Of a stretch of DNA of 64,000 nucleotides, positions 63,254 to 64,000 are shown one piece after another. A program made the translations under genes and the position numbers. The notes below the pieces were generated by a model. The model was not told the DNA's origin, did not search any database, and saw only the letters and a program-made list of their open reading frames with translations. The DNA is from an uncultured Methanoregulaceae archaeon (lineage in GTDB: Archaea > Halobacteriota > Methanomicrobia > Methanomicrobiales > Methanospirillaceae). Every line of letters starts with the position of its first letter. The first letter of the stretch is position 1. The stretch covers positions 2,496,001 through 2,560,000 of the forward strand of contig OY970061.1 in the NCBI GenBank assembly GCA_963705255.1, in the 5' to 3' direction.

Positions 63254-63578
63254 AATTGCCAGATCAGGACCTGAGGATTTTTCTAAATTGCCACCAACTG
63301 ATCCGGTAATTTTTCTAAATCGTCACATCCGGACCTGACAATTATTTTTAATTGCCACCTCCGGATCCGGGAATTTTAAAAAATTGTCACCAACCGATCT
63401 GGCAATTATTCTAAATTGTCACCTCCGGACCCGGTAATTATTTTTTATTGGCAGTACTGCGGGAGGGGCACTCCGCCGGAGACAGCGCGGATTTCCCGGA
63501 TTTTCCCGGCAACATTGCCGCAAACCGATCCGGCAATTTTTCTTAATCGTCACCTTCCGGATCCGGAAATTTTTCAAA
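63254..63578. repeat. Degenerate tandem array of 32-bp imperfect palindromes
   Basis: Unit starts at 63254, 63286, 63318, 63350, 63382, 63414 and 63446 (partial), then 63513 and 63545; consensus about AATTGYCACCTCCGGATCCGGYAATTWTTCTA. Confidence 0.85.
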
Positions 63579-64000
63579 AAGATTCTTGTCCGCGAGCTTG
63601 CGGTTGGCGAACCCGGGTGGTGAGAACCGAACGGTTACACGAACCTGCATGCTTGGTGAGGTGCCCCCGAAACAGGATCGCCCCTTCTTTATCACGGGGG
63701 CAACCTGCCGGACGGTAAGTCTCCCATGTTCCATTCTCCGACGGAGACTTCTCAGGCAGGATCCGGCTTTGGAAATTTCCAGTGGAAGTGGTGCCAACGC
63801 CCGGCGAAATCCCTCTTTTAAATCAGTATTTTGGCAAAATCTTCATTTTAAGCGGGAAAAAACCGTGCAATTTAGCGGCCTTATACGGACCGCGAAAAAC
63901 CGGCAGTCTGCAGGCTGTCCGGGAACCCGGCACGGCCCCGGAGGGCCATTATGGCCGAAATTAAAAGGGGGTCCTGTAAGGGGTTGGAAAAAACAGGTTT

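Noticed and set aside
63254-63578. CRISPR array
   Set aside because: The units are contiguous degenerate 32-mers with no unique spacers.

Overview
Chromosomal window from a methanogenic archaeon. mch, methanogenesis marker 12, gatDE, cdc6/orc1, rpl7ae and EF-1alpha are present, and the gene content best fits Methanomicrobiales (Methanoregula-like; inference). Most of the window is housekeeping: por operon, a glycosylation cluster, cobalamin genes, two paaK, ribosomal proteins and an ABC transporter. The notable signals are mostly non-coding. (1) A hairpin-dense element occurs in two homologous copies, one downstream of cdc6-mch (6809-7333) and one just downstream of xerA (44686-44880), built from modular TCGAAGA-stem-TCTTCTC hairpins. 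(2) A perfect 11-6-11 dif-like palindrome lies in the xerA promoter, inside a broad AT-rich trough. (3) An array of palindromic repeats with an exact 32-bp period lies near an ORB-like motif at the window end. Other points are a solo Cas1 with an altered active site and no CRISPR array, a RuvC-only mini-TnpB, a circularly permuted ABC substrate-binding protein, and a two-gene cassette flanked by a duplicated rpl10e 3' end. Seven frameshifts sit on recurring motifs (GTAC, AGCT, CCAGCC) and are probably sequencing errors. All product calls come from recognising motifs by eye; no database searches were run.
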